Assembly: GCA_028716565.1 (NCBI GenBank)
Contig: JAQUPL010000003.1
Coordinates: 1,473 to 65,472 of the forward strand
Direction: 5' to 3'
From: Candidatus Omnitrophota bacterium
Lineage (GTDB): Bacteria; Omnitrophota; Gorgyraeia; Pluralincolimonadales; Pluralincolimonadaceae
DNA: 64,000 nucleotides
The notes under the pieces are model-generated. The model did not search any database and was not told where the DNA came from. It saw nothing but the letters and a program-made list of their open reading frames with translations. This document shows positions 38,308 through 46,913 of the stretch, piece after piece (the first letter of the stretch is position 1; every line of letters begins with the position of its first letter). A program made the position numbers and the translations under genes.

Positions 38308-39557
38308 AGAATCTCAAGAGAGTGGATCCCGAAATCTACGAGGCCATAATAAACGAGACGCGCCGCGAGGAGGAGAACATAGAGCTCATCGCGAGCGAGA
38401 ATTTCGTAAGCCGCGCCGTCCTTGAGGCGCAGGGCTCGGTCCTTACGAACAAATACGCCGAGGGCTATCCGGCCGCGCGGTGGTATGGCGGCTGTGAGCA
38501 TATAGACGTCGCGGAAAAACTTGCCATCGAGCGCGCGAAGGAATTGTTCAAGGCCGAACACGCCAACGTCCAGCCGCACTGCGGTTCGTCGGCGAACATG
38601 GCCGTATATTTTTCGGCGCTTAACATGGGCGATACGGTCATGGCCCTCGACCTCGCTTGCGGAGGCCATCTCACCCACGGCCACAAGGCGAATTTCTCCG
38701 GCAAGTATTTCAACATCGTCCCTTACATGGTCGACCGCAAGACCGAGATGCTCGACTACGACCAGATAGAAAAGACCGCCGTAGAGTGCAAACCGAAGAT
38801 GATACTCGCCGGCGCCTCGAATTATTCCCGGGCGATAGATTTCAAGAAGTTCCGCCAGATATGCGACAAATTGGGCGCGTTTCTCATGGTCGATATGGCA
38901 CATTTCGCCGGTCTTGTCGCGGCAGGCATACATCCTGACCCGGTCCCTTACGCCGAATTCGTGACTACCACGACGCACAAGACCCTGCGCGGCCCGCGCG
39001 GGGGCATGATCTTATGCAAGAAGGAATTCGCCAGGAAAATAGACTCGATGGTATTTCCCGGCATCCAGGGCGGGCCGTTGATGCATGTCATCGCGGCGAA
39101 AGCGGTCTCGTTTAAAGAGGCGTTGAAGCCTGAATTCAAGGACTACCAGGACCAGATATTGAAAAATGCGCGCGCGCTGGCGTCCGCGTTCCAGAAACGC
39201 GGTTACAGGATCGTATCCGGCGGGACAGACAACCACTTATTCTCGCTGGACCTCAACAGTAAAGGCCTGAACGGCAAGGATGCGCAAGAGGCCCTGGATA
39301 AAGCCGGCATAACCGTGAACAAGAACACGATACCTTACGACCCGAACCCTCCGGCGAAACCGAGCGGGGTGAGGATAGGCGTTCCGGCTGCCACTACGCG
39401 CGGCATGAAAGAGAAAGAGATGGAGGAGATAGCCGGGCTCATCGATGAGATTTTAAGCAATATCACCGATGCGGCCGCGGCAGGCCGCGTAAGGGAAAAA
39501 GTGCACGCGATGGTAAAGAGATTCCCCTTGTATCGCGACCTTCTGGACGAGGAATAG
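38304..39557 (+). CDS. glyA: Serine hydroxymethyltransferase
   Basis: ATGA overlap with rpi[10 protein letters not shown]...[14 protein letters not shown]. Confidence 0.85.
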   Translation: MKNLKRVDPEIYEAIINETRREEENIELIASENFVSRAVLEAQGSVLTNKYAEGYPAARWYGGCEHIDVAEKLAIERAKELFKAEHANVQPHCGSSANMAVYFSALNMGDTVMALDLACGGHLTHGHKANFSGKYFNIVPYMVDRKTEMLDYDQIEKTAVECKPKMILAGASNYSRAIDFKKFRQICDKLGAFLMVDMAHFAGLVAAGIHPDPVPYAEFVTTTTHKTLRGPRGGMILCKKEFARKIDSMVFPGIQGGPLMHVIAAKAVSFKEALKPEFKDYQDQILKNARALASAFQKRGYRIVSGGTDNHLFSLDLNSKGLNGKDAQEALDKAGITVNKNTIPYDPNPPAKPSGVRIGVPAATTRGMKEKEMEEIAGLIDEILSNITDAAAAGRVREKVHAMVKRFPLYRDLLDEE

Positions 39558-39560
39558 ACA

Positions 39561-40043
39561 ATGGCTAAAAAAAATGCGATAAGAAGGAAACGGCCGGACT
39601 GGGACGAATATTTCATCGGCATAGCGAAGCTTATCTCGGAGCGTTCCACATGCCTGAGGCGCGCGGTCGGCGCCTTGATCGTAAAGAATAAAAGGATACT
39701 TACCACCGGCTATAACGGGACGCCGAGCGGCATTACGCACTGCGAAATTACGGGCTGCCTCAGGGACAAGCTCAAGGTCCCGTCGGGCGAGAGGCATGAG
39801 CTCTGCCGCGGCCTGCATGCGGAACAGAACGCCATAATCCAGGCGGCGCTCCACGGGGTCGATATACACGGCGGGGCTCTCTATTGCACGAACCAGCCGT
39901 GCTCTATCTGCGCGAAGATGCTGATAAACGCCGGCATAAAAGAGATAATAATGGAATCGGGATATCCGGACGAGATGGCGAAGAAATTTTTTGAAGAGGC
40001 AGGCGTGGAGATAAGGATGGCTAAGGCGGGGAAGAAGAGATGA
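39561..40043 (+). CDS. dCMP/cytidine-family deaminase (ComEB-like)
   Basis: HAEQNAI...[18 protein letters not shown]. Confidence 0.7.
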   Translation: MAKKNAIRRKRPDWDEYFIGIAKLISERSTCLRRAVGALIVKNKRILTTGYNGTPSGITHCEITGCLRDKLKVPSGERHELCRGLHAEQNAIIQAALHGVDIHGGALYCTNQPCSICAKMLINAGIKEIIMESGYPDEMAKKFFEEAGVEIRMAKAGKKR

Positions 40044-40080
40044 ACCCCATTATTTGGGATAAAAAGAAAGAAGGTGTGGG

Positions 40081-40563
40081 GTGAAATGCCCATTTTGCGG
40101 TAACGTAGAAGATAAAGTGATAGATTCGCGCATCTCGGCCGAAGGCGACTCTATCAGGCGCAGGCGCGAGTGCCTCAAATGCCAGAAGAGGTTCACGACA
40201 TACGAGCGGCTCGAGGAACATCCCATGATGGTGATAAAGAAGGACGGGAGGCGCGAACCATTCGACCGCAAGAAGCTCCTCTCCGGGATACTCAAGGCCT
40301 GCGAGAAACGCCCCGTCCCCATGGATAAGGCCGAGGGGATGGTAGACGAAGTCGAGAGGATCATCCAGCGCAACTACGAAAAGGAGGTCTCCTCTACGGC
40401 GATAGGCGAATTCGTCATGAAACAGCTCCACGACCTCGACGAGGTCGCCTACGTCAGGTTCGCTTCGGTCTACCGCCAGTTCAAGGATATAAACCAGTTT
40501 ATGAAGGAGCTCTCGGGCTTGCTCAAGGAAGGGCAGAAGCCCGATGAGAAGAACAGGTATTGA
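40081..40563 (+). CDS. nrdR: Transcriptional repressor NrdR
   Basis: GTG start. Zn ribbon MKCPFCGN...[11 protein letters not shown]-cone. Confidence 0.8.
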   Translation: MKCPFCGNVEDKVIDSRISAEGDSIRRRRECLKCQKRFTTYERLEEHPMMVIKKDGRREPFDRKKLLSGILKACEKRPVPMDKAEGMVDEVERIIQRNYEKEVSSTAIGEFVMKQLHDLDEVAYVRFASVYRQFKDINQFMKELSGLLKEGQKPDEKNRY

Positions 40564-41408
40564 AAGAAGCGCTTTACTGGGAAAAGGCGGACGGCGCGGT
40601 CCATTGCCTGCTTTGCCCCCACGATTGCAAGATCGTAAACGGCATCACCGGGGTCTGCGGCGTACGGCAGAATATCGACGGTAAGCTCTATACCCTCGTC
40701 TACGGCGAGACGACCTCAGTATCGCTTGATCCCATCGAGAAGAAGCCCCTCTACCATTACCATCCCGGCGAATTCATATTCTCACTCGGGACCAAAGGCT
40801 GCAACTTCAAATGCCCGTTCTGCCAGAATTGGGCGATATCGCAGGACCTCGATGTGCCGACCCGGAATATAACTTCGCAATGGGTGATAGATAAGGCCAG
40901 GGAATGCAAATCGTTCGGCATCGCCTATACCTATAACGAGCCGTTCATATGGTATGAGTTCGTCCTCGAGACCGCGAAACTCGCGAAAAAAGAAGGCCTC
41001 GAGAACGTCCTGGTGACGAATGGTTTTGTAAATCCGGGGCCGTTGGAGGAGATGCTCCCGTTCATCGGCGCGATGAACATAGACCTCAAGTCCATCGACG
41101 ACGAATTCTACAGGAAATACTGCAAGGGCAGCCTCGGGCCCGTCCTGCACACGATAAAGAGGTCGGCCGAGGCGTGCCATGTGGAACTGACCAACCTGGT
41201 CATACCCGGGCTGAACGATTCCGAAGAGAACTTCAACCGTCTCGTGGATTGGATATACGATAATGTCGGCGCGGATGTGCCGCTGCATTTTTCGAGGTAT
41301 TTCCCTTGCTACAAGCTCGACCGGCCCATCACCTCGAAGGAGACACTCGAGAAGGCTTATAAGATAGCAAAAAAGAAACTAAGGAACGTCTACGTCGGGA
41401 ATGTTTAA
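40560..41408 (+). CDS. Radical SAM protein (PflA/AmmeMemoRadiSam-like activase family)
   Basis: TTG start overlaps the nrdR stop. N-terminal Cys cluster CLLCPHDC...GVCGVR. Radical-SAM CNFKCPFC. Confidence 0.55.
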   Translation: MKEALYWEKADGAVHCLLCPHDCKIVNGITGVCGVRQNIDGKLYTLVYGETTSVSLDPIEKKPLYHYHPGEFIFSLGTKGCNFKCPFCQNWAISQDLDVPTRNITSQWVIDKARECKSFGIAYTYNEPFIWYEFVLETAKLAKKEGLENVLVTNGFVNPGPLEEMLPFIGAMNIDLKSIDDEFYRKYCKGSLGPVLHTIKRSAEACHVELTNLVIPGLNDSEENFNRLVDWIYDNVGADVPLHFSRYFPCYKLDRPITSKETLEKAYKIAKKKLRNVYVGNV

Positions 41409-41428
41409 CGCCGCACCGGATAACTTCC

Positions 41429-41458
41429 TTGACAATACAACCGGTATTTTGGTATCCT
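41429..41458 (+). promoter_or_regulatory. Candidate gdhA promoter (TTGACA, 18 nt, TATCCT)
   Basis: Seen directly. Followed by a leader of about 130 nt. Confidence 0.35.
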
Positions 41459-41596
41459 GATTGCACCTCGATACAAAGCCGTATCGGAAGTTTTCTGCAA
41501 CAGAGCAGCGAAGCAAACCTAGAGACAAAGACGTCTTCAGCCACTTTCTACTGCGTTGGGGGACGCATTTATTTTCTAAAAAAAGGAGCCAGCTAA

Positions 41597-42937
41597 ATGC
41601 CAGCAAAGAAGATCGAAGATTTTATGTCAAAAGTCATGGAGAGGGATCCCGCGCAGCCCGAATTCCACCAGGCGGTGCAGGAAGTCGCGGAATCGGTATG
41701 GGATTATATCGATGACAATCCCAGGTACAGGGAAGAGAAGATACTTGAAAGGATGGTCGAACCCGAGCGGGTCTTTATGTTCAGGGTCCCCTGGGCCGAC
41801 GACAAGGGCAACATCCAGATAAACCGCGGTTTTCGTATACAGATGAACAGCGCGATAGGCCCGTATAAAGGCGGCCTTCGTTTCCATCCCAGCGTAAACC
41901 TGAGCATACTGAAGTTCCTCGCTTTCGAACAGGTATTCAAGAACGCGCTTACTACGCTTCCCATGGGCGGCGGAAAAGGCGGTTCGGATTTCGACCCGAA
42001 GGGAAAATCCGATGCTGAGGTGATGAGGTTCTGCCAGAGTTTTATGACAGAGCTCGAGAGGCATATCGGCCCGGATACGGACGTGCCGGCCGGTGATATA
42101 GGCGTCGGTGGCCGCGAGATAGGGTTTTTGTTCGGCCAGTACAAGAGATTGCGCAACGAATTTTCCGGCGTGCTGACAGGCAAGGGCCTGAGATGGGGCG
42201 GAAGCCTCGTAAGGCCGGAAGCGACCGGTTACGGCTGCGTATATTTCGTCGAAGAGATGATGAAAACGAAAGGCCAGAGCCTTAAGGGCAAGACCTGCGC
42301 GGTATCCGGTTCCGGCAACGTCGCCCAGTATACCGTCGAGAAGCTCATCGAGCTGGGGGCGAAAGTAGTCACGCTCTCGGATTCGAACGGCTTCATATAC
42401 GACGAGGGCGGCCTCGACAAGAAAGAATTAAGCTGTGTCCTCGACCTCAAGAACGTCCGCCGCGGAAGGATCAAGGAATGCGCGAAAGAGTTCAAGTGCA
42501 AGTATTTCGATAACCAGCGCCCGTGGGGCATCAAGTGCGATATCGCTTTCCCGAGCGCAACCCAGAACGAGATATCCGGCGAAGACGCGAAGATGCTGGT
42601 AAAGAACGGCTGCGTAGCCATAGGCGAAGGCGCCAACATGCCTACGACGCCCGAGGGCATCAAGGTTTTCCAGAAGGCGAAGGTTCTTTACGCGCCCGGA
42701 AAGGCCTCAAATGCCGGCGGCGTCGCTACCTCAGGCCTCGAGATGTCCCAGAACAGCATGAGACTCTCGTGGTCGCGCGAAGAGGTCGATGACAAACTGC
42801 ACGATATAATGATCGCCATACACGAACAGTGCGTCAGGTACGGCAAGGAAGGCAGTTACATAAACTATGTCAAGGGCGCTAACATAGCCGGCTTTGTGAA
42901 GGTGGCCGACGCTATGATAGACCAGGGCCTGGTTTAA
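41597..42937 (+). CDS. gdhA: NADP-specific glutamate dehydrogenase
   Basis: GPYKGGLRFHP and GGGKGGSDFDPKGKSD. Confidence 0.85.
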   Translation: MPAKKIEDFMSKVMERDPAQPEFHQAVQEVAESVWDYIDDNPRYREEKILERMVEPERVFMFRVPWADDKGNIQINRGFRIQMNSAIGPYKGGLRFHPSVNLSILKFLAFEQVFKNALTTLPMGGGKGGSDFDPKGKSDAEVMRFCQSFMTELERHIGPDTDVPAGDIGVGGREIGFLFGQYKRLRNEFSGVLTGKGLRWGGSLVRPEATGYGCVYFVEEMMKTKGQSLKGKTCAVSGSGNVAQYTVEKLIELGAKVVTLSDSNGFIYDEGGLDKKELSCVLDLKNVRRGRIKECAKEFKCKYFDNQRPWGIKCDIAFPSATQNEISGEDAKMLVKNGCVAIGEGANMPTTPEGIKVFQKAKVLYAPGKASNAGGVATSGLEMSQNSMRLSWSREEVDDKLHDIMIAIHEQCVRYGKEGSYINYVKGANIAGFVKVADAMIDQGLV

Positions 42938-42955
42938 CTGCTGTAGATAGATCGG

Positions 42956-42990
42956 ACAAGGGCGTCCCTAAAGGGCGCCCTTGTTTTTTT
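42956..42990 (+). terminator. Intrinsic terminator after gdhA
   Basis: ACAAGGGCGTCC-ctaaa-GGGCGCCCTTGT followed by T7. Confidence 0.7.
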
Positions 42991-43000
42991 AGGAGAAGAT

Positions 43001-45574
43001 ATGGTCAGCACCGGCTTTAAGGGCCTGGACAAGGTAATAACGGGATTAAGGATCGGCGATAATGTCGTCTGGCAGATCGACGATATCAGGAATTATCAGG
43101 ATTTCCTCGGCCCGTTCGTCAAGAAGGCCCTCGAAGAGAAGAAGGAAGTCGTCTATATAAGGTTCGCGGACCATAAGCCCCTGCTCGAGGCGGGCAAGGG
43201 CGTGAAGATATTTAAGCTTAACGCCCACGAAGGATTTGAATCGTTCTCGACCCAGCTTAACAGCATCATAAAAGAGCGCGGGGAAGGCGTCTATTACGTA
43301 TTCGATTGCCTCTCCGACCTGCTCTCCGCGTGGGCGAACGACCTCATGATAGGGAATTTTTTCAAGATAACGTGCCCGTATCTCTACGAGCTCAATACCA
43401 TAGCCTACTTTTCGATACTGCGCAACAGGCATTCCTTCAAGACTGTCGCCCGCATCCGCGAGATAACGCAGCTCCTCATAGACGTCTACGAATACGAGGG
43501 CAGGTATTATGTCCATCCGCTGAAGGTCTGGAACAGGTATTCGCCGACGATGTTCCTGCCGCACCTGATGAGCAAGGACCGTTTCGTGCCGATAGCGAAC
43601 AGCGTCGATACGGCGCGCCTCTTCTCGAATATCCTTAAGAAAGGCGCGAAGAACACCCGCAGGATACTCGATTACTGGGACCGCCTCTTCATGAAAGTGG
43701 AGGACCTTGCCTCAAAGGCGGGTTCGCAGGACGAGAAGAAGGGGATGGTAAAGCAGCTCTGCAGGATAATGATAGCGCGCGAGGAGAAACTCCTTTCGTT
43801 AGTCGAGGAGTATTACTCCCTCGAGGACCTGCTCGGCATCAAATCAAAGATGATAGGTACGGGTTTCATCGGGGGCAAGGCCGTCGGCATGCTGCTCGCG
43901 AGGAATATGCTCCTCAAGGAGCGCTCCCTGGGCATGGAGAAATATTTCGAGCCGCACGATTCTTTCTATGTGGGTTCCGACGTCTTCTACACTTATATAG
44001 TCGAGAACGGATGGTGGAAACTCAGGATGGAGCAGAAGACGAAGGAGGGATATTTTTCCGTAGCCGAGGCGCTCCGCGAAAAGATGCTGGGAGGGATCTT
44101 CCCGGAAGAGATAAAGGAGCAGTTCCGGCAGATGGTAGAATATTTCGGGCAGTCGCCCATAATCGTGCGTTCCAGCAGCCTGCTGGAAGACAGTTTCGGT
44201 AACGCCTTCGCAGGAAAATACGAGAGCATATTCCTGGTGAACCAGGGTTCGCCGGAAGAAAGGTACAATAAGTTCACGGAGGCGGTAAGGCGCATCTACG
44301 CGAGCGCGATGAACAAGGACGCCCTGGCATACCGCCTGCAGCGCGGACTCGACCAAGCCGATGAACAGATGGCCCTGCTGGTCCAGAGGGTCTCGGGCGC
44401 GTACCATTCAGATTATTTCTTCCCGGATATCGCGGGAGTGGGGATATCGTATAACACGTTCGTCTGGAACAAGGACATGGACCCCAAGGCCGGGATGCTA
44501 AGGATAGTGGCGGGCCTGGGGACGCGAGCCGTCAACCGCGTAGAGGGCGACTATCCCAGGATAGCGGCGCTCGATATGCCCCTGGTCAAACCGCTGGCTG
44601 GCGCAAAAGATATGCAGAGGTTCTCCCAGCACGACCTCGACGTGCTGAACATCAAAGAGAACAGGCTCGAGGCCGTGCCGCTAAGGCAACTGTTGGCCGA
44701 TAAGGTGGAGATCAACCTTGAGTATACCGGCGCGAGGGATTACGAGGCGGCCCGCCGGATGGAAGAGGCGGGGAAGGCCGCCGAAGATCACTGGATATTG
44801 ACCTTCGACAAGCTTTTCTCCGGCACGTCATTCGGCGATATAATGCAAAAGATGCTTAAACTACTCGAGAAGCGTTACGGATACCCGCTCGATATCGAGT
44901 TCACCGTGAATTTCAAGAAAGACGGGACATTCCAGATAAACCTCCTGCAATGCCGTCCCCTGCAGACGAAAGGCCTCGGTAAAAAGGTGGAGTTCCCGGA
45001 GAATATCAAGAAGGAAGACATTATCTTCCGCTCAAAAGGTTCTTTCCTGGGAGGGAATATATCCCAGCCCATAAAGAGGATGATATTTATCGATCCCCAA
45101 AAGTACAGCGCGCTGCCGCTTTCTTCCAAGTATGATATCGCCCGTGCAGTGGGCGGGCTCAATAAACTCATCACTGACAGGGAAGCGTTGCCGTGTTTCC
45201 TCATGGGGCCGGGCAGATGGGGCACGACTACTCCCTCGCTCGGCGTCCCGGTCTCTTTTTCCGAGATAAATAATATGGCCGTCCTGGGCGAACTTGCGTT
45301 TGCCGGGGCCAATTGCGCCCCCGAGCTCTCATTCGGCACGCACTTCTTCCAGGACTTAGTGGAGACCAATATATTCTACGTCGCGCTCTTTCCGGAAAGC
45401 GGGCAGACATTCTTCAACCGGGGACTGATAGATTCGTACCGGAACTTATTCCGGGAATTGGCGCCTTCATACGGGAAATATGAAGATGTGATAAGGGTCT
45501 GCGACCCTCCAAAGGGGCGGATACGCCTTGTCGCAGATATCGTTTCCCAGGATATCCTGATGTTCTCCCGATAA
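43001..45574 (+). CDS. PEP/pyruvate-binding (PPDK_N) domain protein with degenerate KaiC/RecA-like N-terminal domain
   Basis: The N-terminus TGFKGLDKVITGLRIGDNVVWQID resembles a KaiC-type fold but has no Walker A. The central IGTGFIGGKAVGMLLARNM fits the PPDK_N ATP-grasp motif. Confidence 0.45.
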   Translation: MVSTGFKGLDKVITGLRIGDNVVWQIDDIRNYQDFLGPFVKKALEEKKEVVYIRFADHKPLLEAGKGVKIFKLNAHEGFESFSTQLNSIIKERGEGVYYVFDCLSDLLSAWANDLMIGNFFKITCPYLYELNTIAYFSILRNRHSFKTVARIREITQLLIDVYEYEGRYYVHPLKVWNRYSPTMFLPHLMSKDRFVPIANSVDTARLFSNILKKGAKNTRRILDYWDRLFMKVEDLASKAGSQDEKKGMVKQLCRIMIAREEKLLSLVEEYYSLEDLLGIKSKMIGTGFIGGKAVGMLLARNMLLKERSLGMEKYFEPHDSFYVGSDVFYTYIVENGWWKLRMEQKTKEGYFSVAEALREKMLGGIFPEEIKEQFRQMVEYFGQSPIIVRSSSLLEDSFGNAFAGKYESIFLVNQGSPEERYNKFTEAVRRIYASAMNKDALAYRLQRGLDQADEQMALLVQRVSGAYHSDYFFPDIAGVGISYNTFVWNKDMDPKAGMLRIVAGLGTRAVNRVEGDYPRIAALDMPLVKPLAGAKDMQRFSQHDLDVLNIKENRLEAVPLRQLLADKVEINLEYTGARDYEAARRMEEAGKAAEDHWILTFDKLFSGTSFGDIMQKMLKLLEKRYGYPLDIEFTVNFKKDGTFQINLLQCRPLQTKGLGKKVEFPENIKKEDIIFRSKGSFLGGNISQPIKRMIFIDPQKYSALPLSSKYDIARAVGGLNKLITDREALPCFLMGPGRWGTTTPSLGVPVSFSEINNMAVLGELAFAGANCAPELSFGTHFFQDLVETNIFYVALFPESGQTFFNRGLIDSYRNLFRELAPSYGKYEDVIRVCDPPKGRIRLVADIVSQDILMFSR

Positions 45575-45626
45575 GGGTCGACAAACCCGTTTTTTAGTAG
45601 TAAAATAGCCGTTAAGACGGTCTCCG

Positions 45627-46913
45627 ATGAAGATAAATATACCTTACGGAAAAAAGCAGGTCGGTGTTTCCATCCACGAGAAGAACCTTCTGGGTATCCT
45701 TCATCCCAATAGGTCGCACAGCAAGAAATCCGAATCCCGCATAATAAAAGAAGCGATACTCCACCCCATGGGTTGCTGCCGGCTCAGGGACCTCGTCTCG
45801 CCCAAAGAGACGATCGCCATAGTCGTGCCGGACCTCGCAAGGGTATGTCCCCGCAAGCTTATAATTCCCATATTGCTGGATGAGTTGAAAAAGGGCGGGA
45901 TAAGGGATAAGGATGTGACGATCTTCATGGCGGTCGGGATGCTCACGCCCCCGACAAGGCCGGAGATCGAAGAAGCTTTCGGGAAAAAGATTGTCAAGCG
46001 GATAAAAATAAAGATCCACGACCCCTCGGACAGCTCAAACCTGACCAATCTCGGATATGTCGCCAACGGCGTCCCTGTAATAGTCAACAAGCAGATGCTC
46101 TATAACGACCATGTCATCTCTATCGGTGTCATCGAGCCGCACCTGCACGCCGGTTTCTCGGGTGGGCCGGAGACGCTGAGCATAGGCATGGCCGGCGAAG
46201 AGACGATAAAGTTCACCCATTCTCCGAAATTCATCGATAAACCGGGCGCGAAACCCGGAGTCATCAAGGATAACCCCTTCCACCGCTGGATCATGGAATT
46301 CGCCTGCATAGCCAAACTGAAATTCATAATAAACGTCGTGAATGACGACCTGGGGCGCACGATATTCGCGGCCGCGGGCGAACCACAGCTGGCTTTTTAC
46401 AGGGGAATAGAACACGCGATGCTCCATTACAGGGTGAAGGTGGATGAACCGGCCGACATAATCATCTGCGGAGTGGGCTGGCCCAAAGATGTCAACCTCT
46501 ACCAGGCATCACGCGCCCTGACTTACCTGACCAACACGCAGAAACCCATCGTCAAAAAGGGCGGGCTTATACTCATCTCCGCGCGATGCGAAGACGGCAT
46601 AGGTAAAGGGCTGGGCGAACGCAGGTTCTATGACGCTATGGTAAAGGCGAAGAGCCCCGCCGGGATCGTAAAGAAGATGAAGAACAAGACTTGTCTTGCC
46701 GGAGAACAGAGGGCGTATGCCGTGGCAAAGTCCCTTCTTTTTGCCGATTGCGCTTTCGTCGGGACAAAATTCCCCGATAGGGCAAAAAAGATGAAGATGT
46801 TGTCTTTTGAGGATATGGATGAGGCGTTGGAATACGCTTTTGCCACCCGCGGAAAGGACGCGAAGGTCTATGTTGTCCCGCACGCGCTCGTAACTCTGCC
46901 AGTATCGCGATGA
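45627..46913 (+). CDS. larA: Lactate racemase-like (LarA family)
   Basis: N-terminus MKINIPYGKKQVGVSIHEKNLLGIL resembles the LarA N-domain. About 428 aa. Confidence 0.55.
   Translation: MKINIPYGKKQVGVSIHEKNLLGILHPNRSHSKKSESRIIKEAILHPMGCCRLRDLVSPKETIAIVVPDLARVCPRKLIIPILLDELKKGGIRDKDVTIFMAVGMLTPPTRPEIEEAFGKKIVKRIKIKIHDPSDSSNLTNLGYVANGVPVIVNKQMLYNDHVISIGVIEPHLHAGFSGGPETLSIGMAGEETIKFTHSPKFIDKPGAKPGVIKDNPFHRWIMEFACIAKLKFIINVVNDDLGRTIFAAAGEPQLAFYRGIEHAMLHYRVKVDEPADIIICGVGWPKDVNLYQASRALTYLTNTQKPIVKKGGLILISARCEDGIGKGLGERRFYDAMVKAKSPAGIVKKMKNKTCLAGEQRAYAVAKSLLFADCAFVGTKFPDRAKKMKMLSFEDMDEALEYAFATRGKDAKVYVVPHALVTLPVSR

Noticed and set aside
41461-41715. ORF-track 84-aa ORF spanning the gdhA leader and start
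   Set aside because: It overlaps the gdhA promoter, leader and N-terminus out of frame, with no RBS.
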